DNA of 63,657 bases, the filler included, from Octopus bimaculoides (Eukaryota), in NCBI RefSeq assembly GCF_001194135.2. It is 3 parts of 3 records of this genome, joined end to end, with 100 filler letters (N's around TTAATTAATTAA, not from the genome) between each part and the next. Parts side by side here need not be neighbours in the genome. Positions count along the whole stretch, not along the records: positions 23,154 to 39,180 come from NC_069000.1; positions 39,281 to 63,657 come from NC_068981.1; 1 more part is not named here. One strand, 5' to 3'. The notes beneath the pieces were generated by a model, which had not been told where the DNA came from, made no database searches, and saw only the letters and a list, made by a program, of their open reading frames with translations. A program made the translations under genes and the position numbers. Below, one piece after another: positions 38,599 to 49,606 of this stretch (its first letter is position 1; the number at the start of each line of letters is the position of its first letter).

Positions 38599-38680
38599 AG
38601 CAGAGGTCACTCCCTTGCAGTCAGCAGAGGTCACTCCCTTGCAGTCAGCAGAGGTCACTCCCTTGCAGTCAGCAGAGGTC
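38599..38680. repeat. 24-bp tandem repeat (agcagaggtcactcccttgcagtc) x3.4
   Basis: Three identical units plus a partial unit. Confidence 0.95.
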
Positions 38681-38783
38681 AAATATGTGTTTACTGTCAT
38701 AGTGATCAATTGGTGCGATGAACTTGGAAAGAACAAACTCACATTATTCTGTTTTAATTACTGATAGAAAAATATGCATGTAT

Positions 38784-39180
38784 GTCATTATTCAGTTTAT
38801 TTCAAGATTTCTTGCCAATAGAGAAAGAACCGGTTTCTAACTTAGATCCAAGGTTCCTTCATTGGAATTTCAACATCAACATAAGGGTATGTATGTATGT
38901 ATGTATGTATGTATGTATGTATGTATGTATGTATGCATGTATGTACGCATGCACGTATGTATATGCAGATTTGTATGTTTTATGTATGTATACTCATGCA
39001 TAGAGTTACATATCTAAACATACTCATATATATTTAAATGATAAACTTCTGGAAAGTTTTAAAGATCTTTGCAGTTCCAGTGATGGATTGGATCTGTAGT
39101 CTTCGAATTAGCTTTCTCCTTTCTGGTTTTGAGAAGCCTAATTTCTCAAGATTGGTATTTAGGCAATGTGTTATGTATCC
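38784..39180 (-). mobile_element. Third copy of the 7456-8063 RLE element (ORF end + 3' UTR)
   Basis: Reverse-complement match including cagttccagtgatggattg and tttctcctttctggttttgagaagcctaa. Truncated by the scaffold spacer. Confidence 0.8.
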
Positions 39181-39280
39181 NNNNNNNNNNNNNNNNNNNN
39201 NNNNNNNNNNNNNNNNNNNNNNNNTTAATTAATTAANNNNNNNNNNNNNNNNNNNNNNNNNNNNNNNNNNNNNNNNNNNN
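39181..39280. other. Artificial 100-bp scaffold spacer (44 N + TTAATTAATTAA + 44 N)
   Basis: Same structure as 23054-23153. Confidence 0.9.
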
Positions 39281-40243
39281 AAAAAAAACAAAAGAAAAAA
39301 CCTGGAGGGTTAACCATAAAAAATAACCCGGAACATTATTTTATAAATTTTTAACTGTATATAATTTTATTTCATCCTTTTATCCGATTTTTTCCATTTC
39401 ATTGTGACCCAAACCATTTGTAAGAATGTAAGTGTTCGTCTCTTGTAGTGTCCCCTCTATGTATACCTTTATAGGTAAATAAAGAAATTATTTGGTTCCA
39501 GACCTAAGATCTAATCACTGACCACATTACAGCGACCTCCATCTTCGTCGCTACCATCATGTCTCTCACCAACCTCGTCAACATCTATACAGCACCAACA
39601 CACTGACTGGTTCTAACACATCGCTGTTCGTGAGGTTTCTTCACCAGGGTTAACAGCTAGCATACAACCCACGCAGATGTATGTAGCTATATAGATAAAT
39701 GTCTTATCAACCACTTCCATTTATCATTCATTATGTGTACGTACGCGTGGCCACGTTAAAAGTATATAAAGACACAGCCTTGTTCCATGTATTTCTTTAC
39801 ACCGTGTTCCCGTCAAATGATATTACAGCCTTCTCAGTCGAGTCACATTAGATGGAATACAACCTATCCATCTATAAATCTTCATTACAAAAGTCTGTAA
39901 AGTTGACAAACGAGGAAGTGCTGAATAAAATACCATGCAGGATCTATTTTTAATCCGCTAGATTTCGAATTCAAATCCCGTAGGGATATACATTACTTTT
40001 TGTCTCTCTACGGTCAATTAAATAATTACTAGTAACATATAAGTGACTATCAATTCAACTCCTTATCTCTCTTGATTTTATTTTGCCTAAGAAACCCTTC
40101 CATGATGTTTGTTTATATTTGTGGTGATGGTGGTGGTGAGAGTAAGGAAACATTTGCAAACTTCTGTTTAGAGTTATCTCCCTTCATTATTGCGGCTACC
40201 GACTCCAAAGAAATATTTTATATTTGTAAATTACTTTGAATAA

Positions 40244-40391
40244 ATGACTTCTGAGAATGATTTTTCCTTTGCTGATAGAGTAACCAAATGTGTATTGGAT
40301 CACTATGAAAAGTGCATTTCGCGACGCGGTAAACCTCGAATGGAAAGAGAATGGACATTATTAGCAGCTGTCGTTATGGTAAAACGATCAG
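40244..40391 (+). CDS. ADAT1: ADAT1 coding exon 1 (MTSENDFSFADRVTKCVLDHYEKCISRRGKPRMEREWTLLAAVVMVKRS)
   Basis: The ATG is immediately preceded by an in-frame TAA (40241-43). The peptide matches the ADAT1 N-terminus pattern (A..V..C...HY....GKP....EWTLLAAVV). Donor is CAG|GTTCTG, phase 1, compatible with the next exon. Confidence 0.93.
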
Positions 40392-41687
40392 GTTCTGTCC
40401 GTTTTTTTTTTCATGTTTTCAATTAATTTTTATTATTTACGTTTGCAATGCAATTCCTTAATCTCTAATCTCTGACTTCATAAAAACTGTAGCTCCTATC
40501 TATGATCGTACCATTACACTCCTCTTATGCATAATCGATAGATCACATGTGTTTTCAAAAAAGAAGTTATTTTGGTTAATGTTTAACCGTTATTTTTATC
40601 AGTCTTTCGAAAATAATTTATCTTCTGAAATTATTATCATTTAATACAGAAATTCTGTATAATTTTTTAGCTAGGTAGAAAGACTCTAAAGTTTAGATAC
40701 GTAGGGAAACTGGGTTGGGAAATTCGAGTCTTTCGCTTCAGACTGATGTAAAAATAAGTTCGTGCGGGAATCGAAACCGAGTTGCAAATTTGGCTTATGG
40801 AGGAAGGAGGCTTACTTTTATACTTCGTCGTGTACCACTCGGCAGATCGTTCTTTTAAGATAGTGAGGTACAAGCGAGAGCTATTAAATACATATAATAT
40901 TGACCCACGATTTCAACAACCTGAAAGATATTGGTAACGAGCTCAGATTTTACTTCGAGACGTCTATCTGGAATGGAAATATTTGGAAATACCAAACTGA
41001 ATCCATTCATGTGTAAACAAACAGCAAGTTAGCATGTCAACATGTTTACAATTACAATATTATAGTATACCCATCATATGTTCCACCACGTTACAACACT
41101 CGCTACTAAGCAGTAGGTAATGTTTATAATAGAATGGAAGGCTTATGATACATGTGGAGTATCTCCTCCCATTATAATTATTTTTGTAATTTCAAGGAGC
41201 TGGAACGGGTCACCAATTTGTAACGTCCTTGCGAAGCGAGGTGACGAGAATGGCTCCTTAGTAGATCACATGGTTGATACAATAAATATAAATAGAATAA
41301 TGCATATATGTGCCAGAGGGAAAAAAGTGACACAACCAGGTAGAATGATTAAGAGAAGATTTATTGATATGTTAACATGTGTGATTGTGTGTGCGTCATA
41401 TATGCAGAATAATAGACAGACCGTCGTAAGATGTATGCGTGTGTATGTAGGCATAGACGTATGCGTGTTAAGAATGCATATTTATAGCTAGGTACAGAGA
41501 AAGTATTTCTGTTTGCATGAAATTTCACTGGTGAACAAACAAACGTATTTTGTGAAGGTCTGTTTGTTAGTGGTTGCAAGAATTTTAAGTATCCTCTCAG
41601 TATTATGTCCAGATTAAAAGAGGTACCAGTTGCTAGAATATGGATGGTATTTATATGTGTGTGTGTGTGTGTATAAAGAATTTTTAA

Positions 41688-42077
41688 CCCTTTAGGCGCA
41701 GAAGTGGCTGTGTGGTAAGTAGCTTGCTTACCAACCACATGGTTCTGGGTTCAGTCCCACTGCGTGGCACCTTGGACAAATGTCTTCTACTATAGCCTCG
41801 GGCCGACCAAAGCCTTGTGAGTGGATTTGGTAGACGGAAACTGAAAGAAGCCCGTCGTATATTTGTATATATATGTATGTGTGTTTGTGTGTCTGAGTGG
41901 TCTTTTCGCATCGCTTTGAATTAATCCTGTCTTATCTCATAACTTCAAAATTTCAGTGACATGATATATTTTTGGAATGACATTGTAGGGTTGGTGTGAG
42001 AGGCCAGTTCCAGCAAGTTTGAACATAAAACAGGTAGAATATTTGGGCCAGATACAGCAGGTTTAAATGCTAAAGAG
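41688..42077. mobile_element. TTAA-flanked piggyBac-like MITE interrupted by a SINE-A copy
   Basis: TTAA|CCCTTTAG at 41684-95 and CTAAAGAG|TTAA at 42070-81. A SINE-A head follows directly inside the left end. Confidence 0.55.
41692..41895 (+). mobile_element. SINE family A, 5' half (ADAT1 intron 1)
   Basis: ggcgcagaagtggctgtgtggtaag...ggttcagtcccactgcg...gaaagaagcccgtcg, homologous to the other family A copies. Confidence 0.85.
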
Positions 42078-42743
42078 TTAATAAGGGATTATCAATCTGG
42101 AGAAAATACTTGAGCTCTCTGCTAATACAAACATCAGGCTAACAAAAGATTTTTTTGATTGATATAGAACTCTTGGAAATCCTAAGATGAGATCGGAAGT
42201 TGAAGCCCATTACTAAGTTAATATAGTATGTTTTCACAGAATGATATACAAGAAAAGGCATAAATAATGGGCTTTATACATTTATTTATTTGTGCATTAT
42301 AGACGTACAGCTGTTTCTCATGTGCTTTTTAGGTGCGTTCATGGTTCTCTTTACTCAATTGGTTGATTGATAAATTGAAAAAAGTGAACAACCATTAAAG
42401 ACACTATTGTCTTCGGTGTCTGCATATCAAGTGCCAAAGTAAATGAAAACAAAAGTAATAAAAATATGGAAAGAGGAGAAAAGAAGAAAGAGAAAGAAGA
42501 AACTAAGAAGGAGAGGGGCAAGAAGCTGGTCACTGTTGTATCTCTATGGAGCTAGGTCATTCTTTTCTAGTCATCAGCCTTAGTCTATTGTAGTCTCTTA
42601 CTATGGTTGATTAGTATCACCATAAGGTATTGAAATTTGATACCCACCCACTCCTCTAGTGGTCATCTTTTGGTGAAATTTTATGATATGTAGGTCATTG
42701 CTTTTGGATTATTACTACAATAGTGAGTAAAGAAAATTATGAA

Positions 42744-43076
42744 CACACCTTGTGCCCGTGGCATGTGTAAGGACTTTTGAGCGAGATCGTTGCCAGTGAC
42801 CCTGGACTGGCTCTTGTGCGGGTGGCACATAAAATACACCATTTTGAGCGTGGCTGTTGCCAGTACCACCTGACTGGCCTTCGTGCCGGTGGCACATAAA
42901 AAGCACCCACTACACTCTCTGAGTGGTTGGTGTTAGGAAGGGCATCCAGCTGTAGAAACTCTGCCAAATCAGATTGGAGCCGGGTGTAGCCATCCGGTTT
43001 CACCAGTCCTCAGTCAAATCGTCCAACCCATGCTAGCATGGAAAGCGGATGTTAAACGACGATGATGATGATGATG
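42744..43076 (+). mobile_element. Family C retroposon (RTE-like 3' end with (GAT)n tail)
   Basis: gttaggaagggcatccagctgtagaaac...catgctagcatggaaagcgga.gttaaacgatgatgat. Related copies: 49890-50050(+), 54065-54360(+), 57522-57617(+), 62330-62470(-), 63346-63657(-). Confidence 0.75.
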
Positions 43077-43611
43077 AAGGTAATTCAAAAGTCCCTTTAT
43101 CATTAATATAAACTAACAGCCAAGATCATTTGAGTTTCTTAATGTATGTCTTGTCTCTATTCCTCCCTCACCTCCAGTCTCTTCACTACTGCATTCATCA
43201 ACCTTCTCACTGCATTTATTAACCACCCTTGATCACAGCAACATTTGATGCTATGGCTCAAAGATACCAGGGTAGCTAATCTCACTGCTCCATAGCTGAT
43301 CTATTCACTATAAATTAGCAAAAGTAGTGTCAGAAGCATATGCAAACAAAATTGTAGCAAAATAAAAAATATATTTTGTATATCATTCAAATGTCAAAAA
43401 AAATATATTATTCCTTGAGAAAGGGAAAAATATCTTGTAATAATTGCAATATCCAACAATATTAGATATAGAATTTACAATATCTTTAAAATATTACAGT
43501 TCTATATCTAAGATATGAGGAATTATTTACATTATTTACATTTGACGGATATTTGTCCTCATCTTGTTTGTTGTTAACACAACGTTTCGGCTGATATACC
43601 CTCCAACCTTC

Positions 43612-43866
43612 GGGCATATGGCGTAGTGGTTAAGAGCGAGGGCTACTAACTCCAAGATTCCGAGTTCGATTCACGGCAGTGACCTGATTAATAATAGTAA
43701 TAATAATAATAATATAATAATAGTAACATCGTTAGGAATGAGAACCCAGGTTCAAAATTTCCCCAAGACACCTGACGAAGGCTGGAGGGTATATCAGCCG
43801 AAATGTTGTGTTAACAACAAACAAGATGAGGACAAATATCCGTCAAATGTAAATAATGTAAATAAT
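43612..43866 (+). mobile_element. Composite SINE-like element: tRNA-derived head + (TAA)n + Penelope-like tail with hammerhead
   Basis: Pol III A box TGGCGTAGTGG and B box GTTCGATTC at 43612-43685, then a TAA-rich spacer, then the hammerhead tail ending in (AAATAATGT)-like repeats. It is preceded by an inverted copy of its own last ~90 bp (43522-43611). Confidence 0.75.
43767..43812 (+). ncRNA. Minimal type I hammerhead ribozyme motif (Penelope-type)
   Basis: Stem I GACAC(43767-71)/GTGTT(43808-12); core CTGACGA (43772-78) plus one extra A; stem II GGCTG/CAGCC; GAAA(43800-03), 2-nt loop TG, then TT. Predicted cleavage is after 43807. The inverted partial copy at 43522-43611 has GAAACGTT, with palindromic ACGT. 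Confidence 0.6.
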
Positions 43867-43925
43867 CTTTAACATATGTTATTAACTTGTGGAATAACAA
43901 TTTTTGGATTGGTTTCAATTTTCAG

Positions 43926-44003
43926 ATGGAGAAATAAATCTCAAAGCTGTTGCCTTAGGAACAGGAACCAAATGTATTGGGCAATCCAAAATAAGTAAAA
44001 ATG
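43926..44003 (+). CDS. ADAT1: ADAT1 exon 2 (DGEINLKAVALGTGTKCIGQSKISKN)
   Basis: Acceptor ttttcag|AT and donor G|GTAAAT; 78 nt, phase 1-1. Contains the GTGTKCIG motif of ADAR/ADAT1 deaminase domains. Confidence 0.95.
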
Positions 44004-44259
44004 GTAAATATCAATCTAAGAAAATATTTTACTTTTAATCTCTTACAGGCATAAGTTACATATGTCTTTTTCCTTCTGTCTTTCACTTGTTTCAGTCATT
44101 GGACTGCAGCCATGCTGGGGCACCATTTTGAAGAGTTTAGACAAAAAATCACTGCCCCCAGTACCTATTTTTAAATTTGGTACTATTCTATCACTCCCTT
44201 GTTCTGAACCACTAAGTTTTAGAGGGACGTAAACAAACCAACACCAGTTGTCAAGTACA

Positions 44260-46430
44260 ACATTCTACTTGAAGCCTCTGATGATAGAGAGGAGGAAGGG
44301 ACATATAGCTTAGAAGACAATTGGAAGTTCCTGCAGGACAATTTACTGGGTGCCACTGACCAAATCTGTGGTTGGTGCAAAGTCCCAGCCAGGCCAAGGG
44401 TGACTTGGTGGTAGAACAAGGAGGTGGACAGCGCTATAAAAGCAAATAGACAAGTCTGGAAGGACTGAAAAGCAAAGCATTATATCAAGGAGGCTAGGTG
44501 ACAGGTTTACATTGCAAAAAGAATAGCGGAAAGTAAGAAGCTTGCCAATGTTATGCAGCATGAGGATCAGAGGCAGGAGGTGTTCAGGATTGCAAAGCAG
44601 TTTATCAAAGAGAATAGAGATGTGGTAGGTGAGAAATGTGTTCAAATGGATAATGGTATGCTTGCGCTTAGTGACTCAGAGAAGAAAGATGCATGGAGAT
44701 CCATTACGAAAGATTGTTAAATGTGGAGAATGATTGGGAGAAGGAGAGTCTTTCAAATATTGAACCATTGAGGGACCAGCCATCAGAGTTGATAGCAGTA
44801 TAATAGATAAGGCAGTTAAAAAAATGAAGAATGGCAAAGCTCCTGGACCATCAGGTATCACTGCCGAGATGATTAAAATATCAGGTGGTGTAGGATACAG
44901 CCTAGTCACTCACATAGTTAATCAGGTTATTCAGGAAGGCTTCATCCCCAGAGACTGGTGTAGCAGTATTATAGTCAGCTGCTACAAGAGTAAAGGTGAT
45001 GCCTTAGATAGAAACAACTACAGAGGTATCAAACTGCTGCACCAGATCATGAAAATTATAGAGAGAGCTATATCTCAACTAATTAGGGATAGAATTAAAC
45101 TAGATGAGATGCAGTTTGGTTTTGTTCCAGGGAGAAGTACCACAGATGTCAACTTCATAGTCACTCAGTTGCAAGAAAAGTATTTGGCCAAAAGTAAACC
45201 ATTGTACTTAGCCTTCATCGACCTGAAGAAAACTTTCGACAGCATTCCCTGCTCTCTTATTTGGTGGTCTCTAAGAAAACTAGAAGTAGAGGAGTGGCTT
45301 GTTAGAGCTGTTGAAGCCATGTACAATGATGCTATCATTAAGGTGAGAGTTGGCCTTGAATACAGTGATGAATTTAGCGTACAGGTTGGAATACACCTGG
45401 GATCAGTTCTTAGTCCACTCTTATTCATCATGGTTCTCCAGGCTATAACAGATAAATTCAAAACTGGATGCCCATGGGAACTACTATATGCTGATGATCT
45501 TGCTCTTATTGCAGATCCTGAAGCAGAATCGGAGAAGTTTCAGGTTTGGAAACAAAACCTGGAATCAAAGGGCCTTAAAGTTAACCTAGCTAAGACTAAA
45601 GTTTTTGTTAGCGAGAAAGGAAATAAGACTCTCATTGCAGCTGGTAAACGGCCCTGCTCAATATGTAGGAAAGGAATTGGACGTAATTCCATTTGCTGCA
45701 TCAAGTGTAAGCTATGAACACATAAGAGACGCAGTGGAATCGCAGGTAATTTATCAGATAAGGTCGCTTTAATGTGTGGCAGATGCGCAGGAACAATAAG
45801 TACTAAGAACACAAGAGACTTATACTCTCTCAAATGCCCAGGAGGCTCTCTTGAGGTAATAGATAGTTTCTGTTATTTAGGTGACCAAATTAGTAACAGT
45901 GGTGGATGCTCTGAAAGTATTGTTACTAGAATAAGAATAGGATGGAGGAAGTTCAGAGAACTTCTACCTCTGTTGGCAGCAAAAGGACTCTCTCTCAGAG
46001 TGAAAGGTAGATTGTATGATGCTTGTGTGTGAATGGCTATGTTACATGGTAGTGAGACATGGGCTCTGACTGCAGAGGACATGTGTAGACTGAAGAGGAA
46101 TGAAGGTAGTATGCTTCGTTGGATTTGCAACATCAAAATGCATGACCAACAAAGCACAACTGTGTTGAGAGAAAAGTTAGGCATAAAAGGGATTAAATGT
46201 GGTATGCAGGAGAGGAGATTGCATTGGTTTGGACATGTGATGCGTGTGAGTGAAGACGGCTATATACAGAAATGTCTGTCACTGAAAATGGATGGTACCT
46301 GTGGGAGACCCAGGAAGACATGGGATGAAGTGGTGAGGACTGATCTTAGGATGTTGGGGCTCATGAAGGAAATGACAATGGACCAAGATGTTTGGTGATA
46401 TGAAGTTCTAGAGAAGACCCATCCATGAAA
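44260..46430 (+). mobile_element. 5'-truncated RTE-clade LINE with disrupted reverse transcriptase, in ADAT1 intron 2
   Basis: ORFs 44824-45717, 45772-46032 and 46033-46398 encode RT motifs (GKAPGPSGI, NYRGIKLL, QFGFVPGRST, AFIDLKK, GSVLSPLLF, LLYADD) and an RTE C-terminus (LHGSETW, RRLHWFGHVMR, GRPRKTW). In-frame stops are present. Confidence 0.93.
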
Positions 46431-46851
46431 CTGAGTGCTAGAAGAGTTGTGTCCCCCCCCCACCACCACATGTAACAACACACTTTTCACCCACTCTACC
46501 TTAAAAAACAGAACTACATCTCCTCTTCTAACTGCATCTTTCTCTTCCTCACATTTCCTCTTCATGAATTGTGATTGTTTTCCAATCCCCTTTCTTGCCC
46601 TCACTGCCCTACCCACTGTATCACTGCTCCCCCTACCCCCTACTCCCAACATCCCACCCTATTTTTCTACCCAGGTTCTGTACTCAGATCCTTGTTAATG
46701 ATGAGTATGCCCTAGCATAATACCATCTCTCTTCTGCTCTCTCTTACCCTTTTCCTGTTTTCTACTCTCTCTCTTTCCCTTGGTCACTTTCTCTCTCTTG
46801 TTTTTCCTCTGACTAGGTAACCAAGTGTTTCTGGTCTCTTTTTTTGTACCC

Positions 46852-46908
<57 letters not shown>

Positions 46909-48925
46909 TACATACACATACATACATACACACACACACACAGCATGGAATTTTGTCAGTGAACAGGTTGTGGTCTCAAAGCGACGAAAATATTTTGGCA
47001 AATTAAATTTGAATTTNNNNNNNNNNNNNNNNNNNNNNNNNNNNNNNNNNNNNNNNNNNNNNNNNNNNNNNNNNNNNNNNNNNNNNNNNNNNNNNNNNNN
47101 NNNNNNNNNNNNNNNNNNNNNNNNNNNNNNNNNNNNNNNNNNNNNNNNNNNNNNNNNNNNNNNNNNNNNNNNNNNNNNNNNNNNNNNNNNNNNNNNNNNN
47201 NNNNNNNNNNNNNNNNNNNNNNNNNNNNNNNNNNNNNNNNNNNNNNNNNNNNNNNNNNNNNNNNNNNNNNNNNNNNNNNNNNNNNNNNNNNNNNNNNNNN
47301 NNNNNNNNNNNNNNNNNNNNNNNNNNNNNNNNNNNNNNNNNNNNNNNNNNNNNNNNNNNNNNNNNNNNNNNNNNNNNNNNNNNNNNNNNNNNNNNNNNNN
47401 NNNNNNNNNNNNNNNNNNNNNNNNNNNNNNNNNNNNNNNNNNNNNNNNNNNNNNNNNNNNNNNNNNNNNNNNNNNNNNNNNNNNNNNNNNNNNNNNNNNN
47501 NNNNNNNNNNNNNNNNNNNNNNNNNNNNNNNNNNNNNNNNNNNNNNNNNNGTGGATGAACGTATATACGTACATGTACATATATATGCATATACTCATAT
47601 ATTGTTTGTATCACGACAGAACGCACGCGTTAACCCTTATACAGTAAGTTTTAACTATTTTTCTAACGCGACTCTCTCTATCTCTTTCTCTATCTCCCCC
47701 TCTCATTCTTCCCTCTACTGTTCTTCGCCTCTCCCTGTCACTACTATCTCTCTCTCGCTGCTCGTCCTTCGCCTCCCACTGTTACTACTACTATCTCTCT
47801 CCCTCTCTACCTCTCGTTGCTCATTTTCGTTCTTGGACTCCTCAAGCTCGCACGTACGTCTTTGCCCCTCCTGTTCGTGCTTCGCAGCGTTCAATACATA
47901 CACACTTCACGTTTGGTTGTACAGCCTTTTTGTTTGTTTATTTCACCGTTTCGCTTTCTTGTCTTGTTTTCCATCCGCCACTACCCTCCACGAAAGCAAT
48001 TTAATTTGTGTTCGTGGGAAGAACCATTTTAACGATGCGTACTGCCTTAATTCTTCGAAATGCCGGGGTTTTAATGGTGGCAGCTGATGAAGGGGATGTT
48101 TCTATGTGGCCTGCTTGTTTGTTGCACCTTGTTTAACATTTTGTCCATGTTCTTTTGTCACGTCATGTACCCAGTTATGTATCTATATGTACATGTGGAT
48201 GGACGTATATACATACATGTACATATATATGCATATACTCATATATTGTTTNNNNNNNNNNNNNNNNNNNNNNNNNNNNNNNNNNNNNNNNNNNNNNNNN
48301 NNNNNNNNNNNNNNNNNNNNNNNNNNNNNNNNNATATACATATATATATATATATGCCTCTCTAATTCTCTGTTACACACTAACCTTTCATCATCTGATA
48401 CTGGATCACCACCTCTAAAAATATGCTATGAGGATGTTACTAACCTCTTTTGGGAAGAAGTTTTTTTATAGTGTGTGAGCGCTTTCGCTAAGCCTTGTCA
48501 GACACATATATATGTATATATACATATATCTAACAAATCTATTCACAAGACTTTGGTTGTGTTGGAACCATAGTACAAGACACTTACCCTGGATGCCACA
48601 CTGTGGGACTGAACCCAAGACCACATATTTGGGATGAAAGTTTCTTAACCAAACAGCCACACCTGCACCTATTCACACAACCACACTTGTGTCTGTGCTT
48701 ATTTGCTGTATTAATAAAGGTAAGGTGGCATTTTGGTGAATTTTGTAAATTCACATGTTGTTGGAGCAGATTACAATTAACTACAGAACTTAGGAGTAGC
48801 AGCAGAAATATATTTCTTAGCTAACCAAACAGGTGTCTTTCTTTAGACCATACCAGCACTATAAGCTGTAAAGTGATTTGGACCTATGACCATGTCTTCA
48901 GATGATTATTTATGTTATGGTGTGG

Positions 48926-49064
48926 CCACTAGCATAGCTAGAGTATGTCCTGCCCAGGGCGGCCCTTCTGTTTGCTACCCCCGGACCCCACAAAAAACAC
49001 CTATTGCCTACAGTAGACCCAAAAGTGCTGCCCCCTACCGCCCCCACCCCAGCTACACTAGTGG
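48926..49064. mobile_element. Short MITE-like element
   Basis: Inverted ends ccactagcatagct / agctacactagtgg with a GC-rich interior. Confidence 0.4.
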
Positions 49065-49551
49065 ATATGGCTGTGTGGTTAAGAAGCTTGCTTTGCAATT
49101 CCATGTGGTTTTGGGTTCAGTTCTACTGTGTAGCATCTTAAGTAAATGTGTTCTACTGTAGCCCCAGGTCCACCAATGTCTTCTGAGTGAATCTGAGGGA
49201 TGGAAACTACATGGAAGCTTGTTGTGTGTGTGCATGTGCATGTGTGTTTGTCTGTGTCTGTCTCCTGTTCCACCACTTAACAACTGGTGTTGGTTTGTTT
49301 ATGTCCCTATAACTTAGCAGTTCAGTAGAAGAGACCAATAGAATAAGCACCAGACTTAAAAATAAGTATTGTGATCAATCTGTTTGACTAAAACCATTGA
49401 AGGCAGTGCCTTCAGCTTAACCACACCCCAGTGATGCAAATAAGTAAAAAGCCAAAGATAAAAGATATAATAAAATTGTCATTAAAATATGTAACATCTG
49501 GTTTGATTTGTTAAAATTGATTCAGCTCCTAGCTTAATATATATTTTCTAG

Positions 49552-49606
49552 GTGATGTCCTTAATGACAGTCATGCTGAAGTTATAGCAAGGAGAGCATT
49601 TCTTCG
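49552..49606 (+). CDS. ADAT1: ADAT1 exon 3 (GDVLNDSHAEVIARRAFL), catalytic HAE motif
   Basis: Acceptor ttttctag|GT and donor CG|GTAATT; phase 1-2. DSHAE supplies the zinc-ligand His and catalytic Glu. Confidence 0.96.

Noticed and set aside
38599-38680. CRISPR-like array
   Set aside because: The repeats are directly adjacent with no spacers, and the context is eukaryotic. The same applies to the Helitron internal repeats at 31130-31290.
39763-39770. TATATAAA as the ADAT1 promoter
   Set aside because: The motif is common in this AT-rich DNA, lies ~470 bp from the ATG, and has no supporting transcript evidence.
43612-43685. Functional tRNA gene
   Set aside because: It has A and B boxes but no convincing acceptor stem and no oligo-T terminator, and it runs into repeat sequence. 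It is a SINE head.
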